Shown one piece after another: positions 57,101 through 64,000 of a DNA stretch of 64,000 bases. Made by a program: the position numbers and the translations under genes. Source of the DNA: Candidatus Magasanikiibacteriota bacterium (lineage in GTDB: Bacteria > Patescibacteriota > Patescibacteriia > Magasanikbacterales > UBA922); assembly GCA_052033375.1 (NCBI GenBank), contig JBPOJQ010000010.1, positions 5,941-69,940 of the forward strand. The letters run 5' to 3'. The first letter of the stretch is position 1. Every line of letters begins with the position of its first letter. Below the pieces are notes generated by a model. It searched no databases and was not told where the DNA came from. It was given only the letters and a program-made list of their open reading frames with translations.

Positions 57101-58453
57101 TGTGATTTGGGTTCTCAAAATGGATTATCATGCAATCCGGCATATAATACCCCGTGTACATACTGCAGTAATACATGCACCAATATTACGGTAGATGCTG
57201 TTGCGTATTGTGGTAATGGGAGTATTGATCAGATTAACCCAACTACTCGTGAAGCATGTGATTATGCAGATTCGACCATTGTTGGTGGAACGGGCGCATT
57301 AATTTGTTCTGATAAAGGCACGTATTCGTGTACTAATAATTGTCTGCAGTTGGTGAATAATTGTGTGACGTGTGGAATAAGTACTACGACATTGACTACG
57401 CCTAAAATTTCTATTTTGAATCCGTTGACGCAAGCTGGTAATTCGCCGTACACTCCGACGATTGGGTATGTCGACATATTGCGAGGGAGCACTTCCACTA
57501 ATTTGCAGTGGCTTGGGTATCGGAAAATAAATTATCGGTCAGAAGATCCAAATTCATACATCGATCCATTTGATCCATACACATTACTCATTGATGCAGC
57601 TTATCAGCCGGTGACTAATCAGGGTCTCCAAACTAATGGTTCGTGTAATGGTGAATATGTGCTACTCTTCAATAAGAGACATATTAGTGAAGAAAAAACA
57701 GGCAATACAAATGGACTTACCCATGCACAGATTGTGAATCAGGGTTTTGGTGATTTGTTTGCATATCCAGTCAGTGGTGAGGGTGGTCAAGTAGTGAATG
57801 AAGTTATCCTATCTCCTGCTGTGCCACAGGATCAGGTACGTATTGTGGTGAGATGGAAAAAGAAATCATCAGGCGCGTTATTCACAGGTAATCTGTACCA
57901 GGACAATGCTACGCCAAGTGTGATTAGTTATGTGACGAATGATCGGACGAAGTTGTGTGGAGATATGGATATCACTCCACAGAGTTCGAATTATTATCTT
58001 CCTGTCGGATGCCTTCCTGTAACTCCATCCACGTGGATTCATCAGATTTTGAATCCGAGTGTTACTACCCAGGCAACTCAGGCATTTACTCTATCTGCTC
58101 TTAATCGACAGTCAGATAGGACCATCGGGTTCTATGTTTCTTCGTTATCTGGTCCGATTAATCAGTTTAAAGATTATGAACTATGGGTCGATGTATACGA
58201 GTATCATGCAGGCCAGGTCCCACTCTATTCGGTGTACAAACCAACACATACTTTTTCTTTTGGTGATGCTATCCAGAGTACTAATCCACTCGCACGATAT
58301 TGGCATGTGTTCAATCTTACCATCAGTGGCTCAAATGCGTTGAAAAAGTTTACTGTGCAAACCGTGGCTGGTGCAAATTCTGGAGCTATTGTTACGAGTG
58401 AGTGTGAAGTTCGAAAGAATATGCCAAACACTACACAATGTCCGACTCAATAG
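48152..58453 (+). CDS. Giant (3433 aa) surface protein: pilin N-terminus, Ig/IPT domains, Cys-rich CGNG..E.GE.CD repeats, vWA domain
   Basis: Pilin motif like the upstream gene; ITI.G.NFG IPT units; many CG(N/D)G repeats; MIDAS DNSSS and ITDG. Confidence 0.85.
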   Translation: MKRLFSFVNIVSIGVVLFAVYFGFAGTFFAQEAVADTFGLTSVGEQISVSSQTPDLRVTVVRIINIFLGFLGIVAVCIVLYGGYLYMTSRGDDEKIGTAKKILVNGSIGLLIVLSAFGITSFVLSRLQDSISGTSGPGGGGGGGGELLGSCDDVNSPYYAAYATTRCAQFCDNHPVQCASSQYFIVKSITPHTPDAADSTGMNNSVIRVLFSKQPAGAVSDIFKIFKKESEQEVDITSQFNFSFEEGGLLVAATYTQGPACASVNGVSVYCLSNGEYRIEVNQNLRDIEDRALTLEVANQSFPRIATFRTGLSGDTPIIDSEFSALAPISIGGYHGDDTFRAVRGETYTIEGTLGDTHGNAYVDMKVYREGSSGPSVVRYVDGPRVRATGGSSQSFDFEYTLRIDSNKFAPAVVYVVEIIAHDIDGNTATDIVKFIVVPASCTNGLLDAGETDVDQGAVCGGAQGNSCQSQSDCAYWLQCLDNANAACTGSNCSCKEVPYISSVEYMNGAPGNWITILGKNFGSSVGEVTFNYDFDSNGTIDSRVPVVLAQCQEGTVWNDSWIIVEVPQQAQFASEDEIVNPSISVVLPSGLSDSTDNDFGPQLGTFVYNTVQRPNLCSVTVDGDHSVPLEDGTSVTLHAGDTAAPQGTPVILEGKGFGMSEGEVIFHTAAANVESWSGDVINSAVPFLGEGQTSVYITSDLGERSNPVSFIVSSPANLRPPTITSIDPTSVTKGSYITITGNRFGVSGNVYFTQIEGGNCPGAGCILGGTLPQSCGNTWSVNQLITKIPDDLEFALGTYFVVVVREDGVKTAGSESITVVAGPPSPSICRIDPHRGFAPIFDESDAITIYGENFITDSAVKFWYPLGQSQDPDSWLSTQLGAGIDGGSILDLTTQEIKTTIPYDPDSGLSMSSGPVKIKNAAGLFSNAVNYTVLDCRDPGSPQISGFQCCSEGPEAGRWKHGNYACENSSREAGYVWRFSSGKMPQKFFVNELCSDSGSPSPSPSTLWSDGYNVCVNAQLTINFNLPVNRATVLDQSGNITNITISQCGGTDTAIDCSNDEQVVTSEFSGEEMGENALVFRKKDGPILSPQTWYRVGLSSAVSSLRFENELGDLVEKTENLEPTRECQINGATYAYCFDFRTGPANFQCSLVGAGIHPSDYTTTLLGVVQDSRGNKIYDINRVFNISAVRPLTYRVYGKSNLACTTINVDDKPWAWGPIDDAPATGKQMVGQVQSKGYAVAWEHFPAGSPISATIIENSEEIKAVSMLRITLGDPYAKNVWPSCNEACVNAEIGIEFNQIMDVRTFDASKLALHECSTEMCDSLIEPSVPLVITSDLQSETILRAYPATLLKKNTWYIVDLEEGVRAIGGVAEGEGTKLGSSVQPKQWKFRTKDSAQSCLADAVKISPDPFYSTYIGEAQLYRALPVGSPDSCSASGQQLNPWSYGWNWSVEDSGVAKVTNFSFKGSTKSACTIGCTPVGSDISRQLTSYPVCGNGTKESGEDCDIARPGEIPGTSCSFSCLRPGSSATCGNGIVENSSGEECDYNAPGAIQGLCTNTCTNAGSASQPDIAGNVNAPVCGGGGIGYGEDCDIDDPATKHGCSNTCVNIGTPISQAWCDGWVSYSQNPGSVSAVMRVQYAEVSMSEFTAACGSATSVCGNGIIEQGEECESTDSYCSARCLIQNACNTPYQQCARGEEGCLSDCTFAGSSIMYSTPSVCGDGIVGIGEFSSEDDDIRSCELPLATVGNTLGGNPVQVVTAVGNPSNVPTTGVVTDMETRVQAQASVGRDEATGNQISIASVAGEGEYHLQCGYDEYATKQSDGSYNNCPSNSDNTFGVASNSCCIERPARVEEYPISNAGIGAGSTPVCRNTYISVSFDQNIPAEYIQNNIQLVQGFAQGYSCSEHGGKDVTLALSSALDTNSTHTQNFWVRVWNSIKTFFAQLIQIRALAAPQPNASVPGDLVLCSGVTPFTVRPSYETNADGVITKTLVSIYPNQALESNQYVLVLLNGGEGGIRNNVGVSIKSPLGSELSDYWVFKTGAQICKIQEVVVEPASALYTVPNSSKQFVAQAISTDAVRNQKIVPIPLQYAWEWNWGPQEDAIFDIPVTANAENSITSKGVRGHTDGIVSARVTVDASQTNNQSGKTFSTIYSLDALFCQRPWPLTANPVNADDVGIDTLFVDLTYNFSMYYCADSGSPLSSFDDLPYFNQIEVITDPTQLGVIAPGDLPDALRRYLLFADKTEDAIGVQIFANPVKPDGTRQTLNEWYIGKFGDLSGVKQASIAGYDALLNDFNLYVNAYNLYDQSVYNNVYLFSIDTNASPETRQVFDQLIASLRFNINLTNHNRCLRAGASGVRESPNELAIPLISCTTDFDCRDSAGAPKTGTNGTCSNALTKFGRDVNRLQQMSLIQKKTEAQLSNTELNLSSGTYIPGYTNSKWSSWGKLGGIIGGAATDPVNQWVGCSPHDPSTCWSADLTTFRCPTFSQVYEYEYDSVTKNYEYYVPFEFINSSDDDFASQYVDLRHVNFDRWAQCRAPGSIVSPFGGQCGDGNVNIGEACDPPGRTTLYDNACPVGSYATATCNSSCQYTYGACSASAAVCGNGRIDAAEACDAGSENGTYGSRCTTQCQVATQSNGGQFCGNGILDTNAQGNYLEFCEEVNGACMHISESGQILKPEVHILLDNSSSMSGTKWASAVAGIQNIYAELSDSINFSLSIFSPVDKLNSPTTCSQVIPLSSLPATPNANTPTKSALAEIYALRTSLFGSNDSVAKKLVIITDGDPTNFDYRNQFGQITASCQGNTPSNVVSEIQKFNQANIQTFVVGFGNLSQSLKNNLNLFAQAGGTSNPDSPSSDLFFTAENSSQLVSAFSGILGCFEYSQYKQNSCSWNCQEYGDYCGDGIVQQGSGEECEPSISGVNTCSPYCKFVVTPAAVCGNSQVESGEQCDDGNISDQDGCSSLCSFESVSAACGNGIVETVNGIQEQCDLGSQNGLSCNPAYNTPCTYCSNTCTNITVDAVAYCGNGSIDQINPTTREACDYADSTIVGGTGALICSDKGTYSCTNNCLQLVNNCVTCGISTTTLTTPKISILNPLTQAGNSPYTPTIGYVDILRGSTSTNLQWLGYRKINYRSEDPNSYIDPFDPYTLLIDAAYQPVTNQGLQTNGSCNGEYVLLFNKRHISEEKTGNTNGLTHAQIVNQGFGDLFAYPVSGEGGQVVNEVILSPAVPQDQVRIVVRWKKKSSGALFTGNLYQDNATPSVISYVTNDRTKLCGDMDITPQSSNYYLPVGCLPVTPSTWIHQILNPSVTTQATQAFTLSALNRQSDRTIGFYVSSLSGPINQFKDYELWVDVYEYHAGQVPLYSVYKPTHTFSFGDAIQSTNPLARYWHVFNLTISGSNALKKFTVQTVAGANSGAIVTSECEVRKNMPNTTQCPTQ

Positions 58454-58496
58454 GTAATGGTTTTGGGATATGATATACTTTATACAGATTTAATTT

Positions 58497-58850
58497 ATGA
58501 AACAGAAGTTTTTTGTGATCGTTGGTGTCTGTGTTCTTTTGGGAATTCTTGGGTTTGGCGTGTGGTGGTTTATCTCCCATCGACAGAATCCGATTGTGCC
58601 AGAGGTGTTTGAGATTCCTGAATGGTATTATGTTGATAAAGACGGTGATGGAATTACTGATACACAAGAGACCGAACTGGGTACCAGTGTAATTGAATCA
58701 GATACTGACGGGGATACTATTTCTGATAAGCTTGAAATAGAAGTATATAAAACTGACCCCCAAAATCCTGATACCGATCAGGATGGTTATTGGGATGGAC
58801 TTGAGTTAATTCAAGGACATGACCCACTTGAAAAAGCATCTATTAATTAA
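58497..58850 (+). CDS. Membrane-anchored protein with DxDxDG Ca-binding repeats
   Basis: N-terminal TM; DKDGDG, DTDGDT, DTDQDG. Confidence 0.82.
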   Translation: MKQKFFVIVGVCVLLGILGFGVWWFISHRQNPIVPEVFEIPEWYYVDKDGDGITDTQETELGTSVIESDTDGDTISDKLEIEVYKTDPQNPDTDQDGYWDGLELIQGHDPLEKASIN

Positions 58851-58859
58851 TTTTATTGT

Positions 58860-59741
58860 ATGTTTGACGATGTGCAACCTCCAAAACCAGGCGCTACGCC
58901 ACCGAATCTTCCTCTTGGCGAGCCCGAAGATATTTTTGAGCGTAATGATGTCGTTGAATCCAATGACAGTGCGCCTATATCAGAGCCGTCTCCCGATTCT
59001 ACTTCCCCCGTCCTCACAAACACCGCTCTTGATATGGGTGTTTTGAAGCCAAAAAACTCTCTACAAACTACCAGTACTCCTGTCCAATCACCAGTTTTTT
59101 CTTCAGAGTCGAGTCAATTGAATCCTCCAGCACCTCTTCAGAATTACACAATTCAGGCTCCACCAGCTCCTTTTTTAGCCGAAGAACGAGGAATGGCGCC
59201 TACTCCAGCTGGTGTTCCTCAGGAAGCGCCGTTTAGTGGAAGAAAAATATTAATGATTATTGCTGTGTTAGTAATAGTGGTTTTGATTGGTTTTGGAAGT
59301 TTGTGGATTTATACTTCATTTATCAAAAAAAATATTGATCAAAATAATTTTATTTCTCCTGTAATCACTCCTACATCCTCATCATCTGATTTTTCCGATA
59401 CACCAGTGGAGGAATCTTTACCCGTGAATTCCACCTCTACTAATATTGAGGATAGCATTCTTTTTGGTGAGCCAGTAGATACTGATAATGATGGAATTTT
59501 AGATATACATGAAGTAGAGTACGGCACGGATACACTTAATTGGGATACTGATCAAGACGCACTTTCTGATGGTGATGAGGTGTCAGTGTGGAATACAGAT
59601 CCTTTGACTTTTGATACTGATGGCGATGGGTATTCAGATGGAGTTGAAGTGAAAAATGGATACAAACCTACTGGACCAGGTAAATTATTTGATCCACCGA
59701 CCCAGACAAGTACTCCTAAAGCGACGACCACTTCAATGTAA
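58860..59741 (+). CDS. Bitopic protein with Pro-rich N-terminus and DxDxDG repeats
   Basis: Central TM; DTDNDG, DTDQDA, DTDGDG. Confidence 0.82.
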   Translation: MFDDVQPPKPGATPPNLPLGEPEDIFERNDVVESNDSAPISEPSPDSTSPVLTNTALDMGVLKPKNSLQTTSTPVQSPVFSSESSQLNPPAPLQNYTIQAPPAPFLAEERGMAPTPAGVPQEAPFSGRKILMIIAVLVIVVLIGFGSLWIYTSFIKKNIDQNNFISPVITPTSSSSDFSDTPVEESLPVNSTSTNIEDSILFGEPVDTDNDGILDIHEVEYGTDTLNWDTDQDALSDGDEVSVWNTDPLTFDTDGDGYSDGVEVKNGYKPTGPGKLFDPPTQTSTPKATTTSM

Positions 59742-59751
59742 ACCTTTTGAT

Positions 59752-60876
59752 ATGAGCTTATTTAGCTCGAAGAAAAATTCATCACAGCCGATCCCGAGTA
59801 CTGCTGAATTGTCTATACAAAAAATACCAGATATTTTTTATGGTGGGAATAATCCTGTTATTTATGAACCCACGCAAGAAAAAAGTCGGGTGGTTTCAAT
59901 TTCAAAGCCATCTTCTCCAAAACCGAACAATCCTGTATCATCATCTGAATCTGCGACACAGAAATCTCGTGTAGTTTTATTAATTATAGTCCTTGGCTTG
60001 TTGGTAATTGGAGGGGCGTCTGCCTATTACGTGTATCAATATCGTGCAACTCAAAATGCACGAGTAGTCACGCCATCATCTGTTCAAACACAAACGACAA
60101 CTGAAGATACAGCTCCCACATCAATCACTCCCTCGATTACTACATCAACGTCGATTGGTGATCGTGCTCCAAGTACCACACCTTCTCTTACTTCTAGCTT
60201 CCTTGAATTTCCTTCGGTGAATTTGGGTACTAGTGCTGATACGGATTTGGATCAGCTGACTGATGTCGAGGAGGTTCTGTACGGTATTGATAGTGGAACA
60301 TGGGATACTGATCAGGATGGGTATTATGATGGGCAGGAGGTCATCAATTTGTATAGTCCTCGTGGAGGTTCGCCTATGAAATTAATTGATTCTGGATTGG
60401 TTCGAGAATATATTAATCAGTTTTCTGGATATCGAGTATATTATCCACTGCAATGGAATCAGGGAGGAGTTGATGCCCAGGAGAAGCATATGTTGTTTAG
60501 TGCTATTTCTGGCGAATATGTTGAAATTCGTGTGTTTGAAAAGAGTCCAGGTTCTACATTTTCTCAATGGTTTCAGATACATGCCCCTGGAGAGCAGTTT
60601 AGTTTACTTTCTCCGTTTACAAACCGTTTTGGGTTTGATGGGTGGAAACGGACAGATGGGCTTGTAGTGTATTTTGATACCCCCTCTTTTGTATTTACAA
60701 TAATTTATCAGCAGGTGGATACTGTCACACCTGTACCATACCGGACCACAATGGAGATGATGTATCAGAGCTTTAGACCAACTGCCACTTCGCGAACACT
60801 GCCTGAACAGATACCATTGGTGTTACCTTCGAATACAGTTTCTTCTAGCGCTACGAGTTCGACGACTGCACCTTAA
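59752..60876 (+). CDS. Bitopic protein with DxDxDG repeats and PsbP-like C-terminal domain
   Basis: TM, Thr/Ser linker, DTDLDQ/DTDQDG, Y.N..GY...YP..W motif. Confidence 0.75.
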   Translation: MSLFSSKKNSSQPIPSTAELSIQKIPDIFYGGNNPVIYEPTQEKSRVVSISKPSSPKPNNPVSSSESATQKSRVVLLIIVLGLLVIGGASAYYVYQYRATQNARVVTPSSVQTQTTTEDTAPTSITPSITTSTSIGDRAPSTTPSLTSSFLEFPSVNLGTSADTDLDQLTDVEEVLYGIDSGTWDTDQDGYYDGQEVINLYSPRGGSPMKLIDSGLVREYINQFSGYRVYYPLQWNQGGVDAQEKHMLFSAISGEYVEIRVFEKSPGSTFSQWFQIHAPGEQFSLLSPFTNRFGFDGWKRTDGLVVYFDTPSFVFTIIYQQVDTVTPVPYRTTMEMMYQSFRPTATSRTLPEQIPLVLPSNTVSSSATSSTTAP

Positions 60877-60888
60877 TTGTTGTATTAT

Positions 60889-61338
60889 ATGACTTCACGA
60901 GGTTCAGCATCAGAATGTTTAATTTTTTCGACAGTCAAATCATCAGTTCTTACGTCTGCTCAAATTACGCGTTCGGTTGAATTTATTTTGAAGAAATTAC
61001 GTGTGATTGGTTCACTTAGTATACATTGTATCGGTGATACACGGATGCGTACATTGAATTTTCGGTATCGAGGTAAGAATTCTACGACTGATGTCCTTAC
61101 TTTTCGTCTTCCTGAAGGAGAAGCATTGTTTGGTAATACGCGTGAGCTTGGTGATATTTTTATTTCAGTACCACAGATTATACGACAAGCCCGCGGTCTT
61201 CGTATTTCTCCACGTGAAGAATTTATACGTATGCTAATTCATGGTATTTTGCACATTATAGGATATGATCATGTGACAAAACGTGATGCTCAGGACATGT
61301 TTCGTATTCAGGAACAATTACTCAAACAGTTAGTATAA
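60889..61338 (+). CDS. ybeY: rRNA maturation endoribonuclease YbeY
   Basis: LN..YRGK..TDVLTF, LGDIFI, HGILHIIGYDH. Confidence 0.95.
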   Translation: MTSRGSASECLIFSTVKSSVLTSAQITRSVEFILKKLRVIGSLSIHCIGDTRMRTLNFRYRGKNSTTDVLTFRLPEGEALFGNTRELGDIFISVPQIIRQARGLRISPREEFIRMLIHGILHIIGYDHVTKRDAQDMFRIQEQLLKQLV

Positions 61339-61342
61339 TCAT

Positions 61343-61699
61343 ATGTTTATCGGAAAAAGTATCCAGTATGCATTGCGAGGGATTTTGTATACGTACCGCC
61401 ATGAACGTAACTTTCGTATTCAATTTTTTGTAGGCGTTGTAGTCTTGATTGCTGCTTTTGTATTGCACATGCGTTCATATGAAAAGATTATTTTAGCCAT
61501 GATGATTGCATTTGTTTTAGTACTTGAGCTTCTGAATACTACTATTGAAATGTTTCTTGATCTCTTGAAACCACGACTTTCTCCACAGGTGGAGCTTGTC
61601 AAAGATATTATGGCTGGAGCAGTACTACTTGCATCAATTGGGTCTATTATTGTGGGTAGTATCATTTTTATCCCATATATCATTGAGTTCATACCATAA
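61343..61699 (+). CDS. dgkA: Diacylglycerol/undecaprenol kinase
   Basis: ERNFR, ELLNTTIE..D, KDIMAGAVL; follows ybeY. Confidence 0.92.
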   Translation: MFIGKSIQYALRGILYTYRHERNFRIQFFVGVVVLIAAFVLHMRSYEKIILAMMIAFVLVLELLNTTIEMFLDLLKPRLSPQVELVKDIMAGAVLLASIGSIIVGSIIFIPYIIEFIP

Positions 61700-61711
61700 A
61701 AATGGTATACT
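61683..61711 (+). promoter_or_regulatory. Sigma70-type promoter for ftsA
   Basis: TTGAGT-N17-TATACT with TG extension. Confidence 0.65.
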
Positions 61712-61730
61712 ATCCTGGCTTAATAAAATT

Positions 61731-62990
61731 ATGGCACGACGCAAAATACATACAGAAATAATTGTGGGTCTTGATGTTGGATCTACTGCGGTTCGCGTAG
61801 CAGTGGGGCAGTTGACTACCACTCGAGAATCAGCGCCAGAGCTCCAGCTTATTGGTGCAGCAGAAGTTCCTTCTGAGGGGATACAGAAAGGGCAGATTGG
61901 AAGTATCGAGGATGCTGTCTCTTCTGTTTCGAGTGCATTGGAGCATGCTGAAAAAATTGTCGGACTTCCAATTGAACATGTGTGGGTGGGGGTGTCGGGA
62001 ACTCAAATTATTGCACAAGAGAGTAAGGGTATTATTGCAGTTTCTCGTGCAAATAGTGAGATTACTGAGGAGGATATCGAACGCGCTGTTGAGGCAGCAA
62101 AAAATATTGCCACTCCGCTCAATTATGAGATTTTGCACGTATTGCCTCGAAGTTACTCAGTTGACACCCAATCAGGTATCAAAGATCCTGTTGGAATGAC
62201 CGGTATGCGTCTCGAAGTGGATACAAAAATTATTCATAGCGTTTCTTCTCATATTAAGAATTTGAGTAAAGTGGTGTATCGAGCAGGGGTCGATATTGAT
62301 GATTTTGTGCTTTCAATTTTTGCTGCGGGTGAGGTGGTCGCCACACCTCGACAGAAGGAATTGGGCTGTGTCGTGATCAATATTGGAGGTCCTACCACTA
62401 GTATGGTGGTATACGAGGATGGAGATGTAATACATAGTTCAGTTATCCCGATTGGGTCGTCTCATATCACCAATGATTTGGCTCTTGGTCTTCGAACCTC
62501 AATTGACATTGCTGAGAAGGTGAAATGTGACTATGGTGAGTGCGTGAGTAAGAAGCTTAATAAAAAAGATACCATTGATTTGTTTGATTCAGGTTCTGCA
62601 ACTTCTGAAATTGTTTCTCGTTACTATATTGCTCAGATTATTGAAGCTCGGGTGACTGAAATTTTGGAGAAAGTCGATGATGAATTATCGACCATCGGAC
62701 GAAGCCGTATGCTTCCTGCAGGGGCGTTATTTGTGGGTGGTGGCTCAAAAATTCAGGGCTTGATTGATTGTGCAAAGGAAGTACTCGCATTACCTAGTCA
62801 GATTGGATATCCACTCTCAGTCGAGAGTATTACTGACAAGGTGAATGATATTGCTTTTGTTCCAGCGGTCGGTCTGGTAAAGTGGGGGAGTGCCTTTACC
62901 CAGTCTCCGGGTAAGCGCGTCTCATCGTCTGATATTGCTGGAAAAGCGGTGGAAAAATTAAAATCGATTTTTAAAAATTTTGTACCCTAG
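61731..62990 (+). CDS. ftsA: Cell division protein FtsA
   Basis: GLDVGS, P.GM.G.RLE, HITNDLA, IIEAR..EI, GGGS, C-terminal amphipathic helix. Confidence 0.96.
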   Translation: MARRKIHTEIIVGLDVGSTAVRVAVGQLTTTRESAPELQLIGAAEVPSEGIQKGQIGSIEDAVSSVSSALEHAEKIVGLPIEHVWVGVSGTQIIAQESKGIIAVSRANSEITEEDIERAVEAAKNIATPLNYEILHVLPRSYSVDTQSGIKDPVGMTGMRLEVDTKIIHSVSSHIKNLSKVVYRAGVDIDDFVLSIFAAGEVVATPRQKELGCVVINIGGPTTSMVVYEDGDVIHSSVIPIGSSHITNDLALGLRTSIDIAEKVKCDYGECVSKKLNKKDTIDLFDSGSATSEIVSRYYIAQIIEARVTEILEKVDDELSTIGRSRMLPAGALFVGGGSKIQGLIDCAKEVLALPSQIGYPLSVESITDKVNDIAFVPAVGLVKWGSAFTQSPGKRVSSSDIAGKAVEKLKSIFKNFVP

Positions 62991-63186
62991 TGTGTGCACA
63001 CATGTTGGGATTTTCTATATTCTTCTGTCATACGGAGAGTTTTTTCTTTTTTTAGAGTGGTTATTGCAAGATTCATGCTTTCTTGACACTGGTATGTAAA
63101 ACCTTTACACTGATATTGCGTGCATAGTATACTTGTTCAAATATTATAAAGTTGAATACAAATTGTACTCATTAAGTTACAACGGT

Positions 63187-64000
63187 ATGCCACAGGTAAA
63201 ACCAGATATTGAAACATTTGCAAAAATTAAAGTGGTCGGCGTGGGCGGATCCGGCGGTTCAGCTGTTGCTCGAATGGTAGAGAGTAATATTCGTGGTGTA
63301 GAATTTCTTGCATTAAATACTGATGTACAAGCACTCCACCATAATCCTGCAGCAAAAAAAATTCATATTGGTAGGACAGTTACTCGTGGTCTTGGTGCTG
63401 GAATGAACCCTGAATTAGGTAAGCGTAGCGCTGAAGAATCTCAAAATGAAATTCGTGAAGCATTGAAAGATACTGACATGATTTTTATTACCTGCGGATT
63501 GGGCGGCGGCACTGGTTCTGGTGCTGCACCTGTCGTAGCTTCGATTGCCCAGGATATGGGTATTTTGACTGTTGCAGTGGTTACCAAGCCTTTTTCTTTT
63601 GAAGGTCCTCAGCGCAAAGCAATTGCTGAAGAAGCCTATGCTCAATTGGTGGGACACGTGGATACGATTATTACTATTCCAAATGATCGAATTTTACAAA
63701 TCATTGATAAAAAAACTTCGCTTCTTGATGCGTTTAAAATCGTTGATGATGTCTTGCGCCAGGGTGTGCAGGGTATTTCCGAATTGGTCACTATTCCAGG
63801 GTTGATTAATGTTGACTTTGCTGATGTGAAGACCATTATGAGTAATACCGGGTCTGCCCTTATGGGTATCGGTATTGGAAGTGGTGAAAATCGTGCGATT
63901 GAGGCTGCTAAGGCTGCGATTTCTAGTCCACTGCTTGAAATTTCGATTGATGGCGCACGTGGTATCCTCTTTACTATTACTGGTGGCACTGGGCTTGGTA
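63187..64000 (+). CDS. ftsZ: Cell division protein FtsZ, 3'-truncated by window edge
   Basis: Translated by hand: [36 protein letters not shown]. Confidence 0.97.
   Translation, partial: MPQVKPDIETFAKIKVVGVGGSGGSAVARMVESNIRGVEFLALNTDVQALHHNPAAKKIHIGRTVTRGLGAGMNPELGKRSAEESQNEIREALKDTDMIFITCGLGGGTGSGAAPVVASIAQDMGILTVAVVTKPFSFEGPQRKAIAEEAYAQLVGHVDTIITIPNDRILQIIDKKTSLLDAFKIVDDVLRQGVQGISELVTIPGLINVDFADVKTIMSNTGSALMGIGIGSGENRAIEAAKAAISSPLLEISIDGARGILFTITGGTGLG

Overview
This is chromosomal DNA from a Patescibacteria (CPR) bacterium, probably ABY1/Magasanikbacteria-like. That placement is inferred from the loss of rpmD, SD-less 'tATG' starts, CPR-type VirB4/PrgI/pilin genes and genetic code 11. From left to right the window holds: (1) the distal S10 and spc ribosomal operons (rplB to rplO, secY, adk, a CAP protein, map); (2) yqgF, recO, asnS and an RsmB/F methyltransferase; (3) a small palindrome-flanked GIY-YIG cassette; (4) a relaxase-free T4SS-like cluster (VirB6-like, PrgI, split VirB4, VirB8-like) followed by comF; (5) a minus-strand block of three tRNA-Ser genes, a serine hydrolase, an unknown enzyme, an ATP-grasp ligase, ribE and ribH; (6) Hsp20, VanW, a stand-alone structured ncRNA candidate, clpP, a DHH nuclease and a short Smc; (7) rpsP-khpA, tRNA-Val and tRNA-Ile, lepB, hisS and rpsU-yqeY; (8) a 15-kb surface locus with two VirB2-like-pilin-fused proteins (one of 3433 aa) and three DxDxDG proteins; (9) ybeY-dgkA-ftsA-ftsZ. 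The most notable signals are an intact tRNA-Ser with the very unusual anticodon ACT beside the normal GCT copy, a perfect hairpin-occluded Shine-Dalgarno site found at rpsU alone among the ribosomal-protein genes, an unassigned ~210-nt ncRNA with its own promoter and terminator, and a possible T4SS-derived adhesin display system. All family assignments come from motif recognition by eye. No database searches were run.
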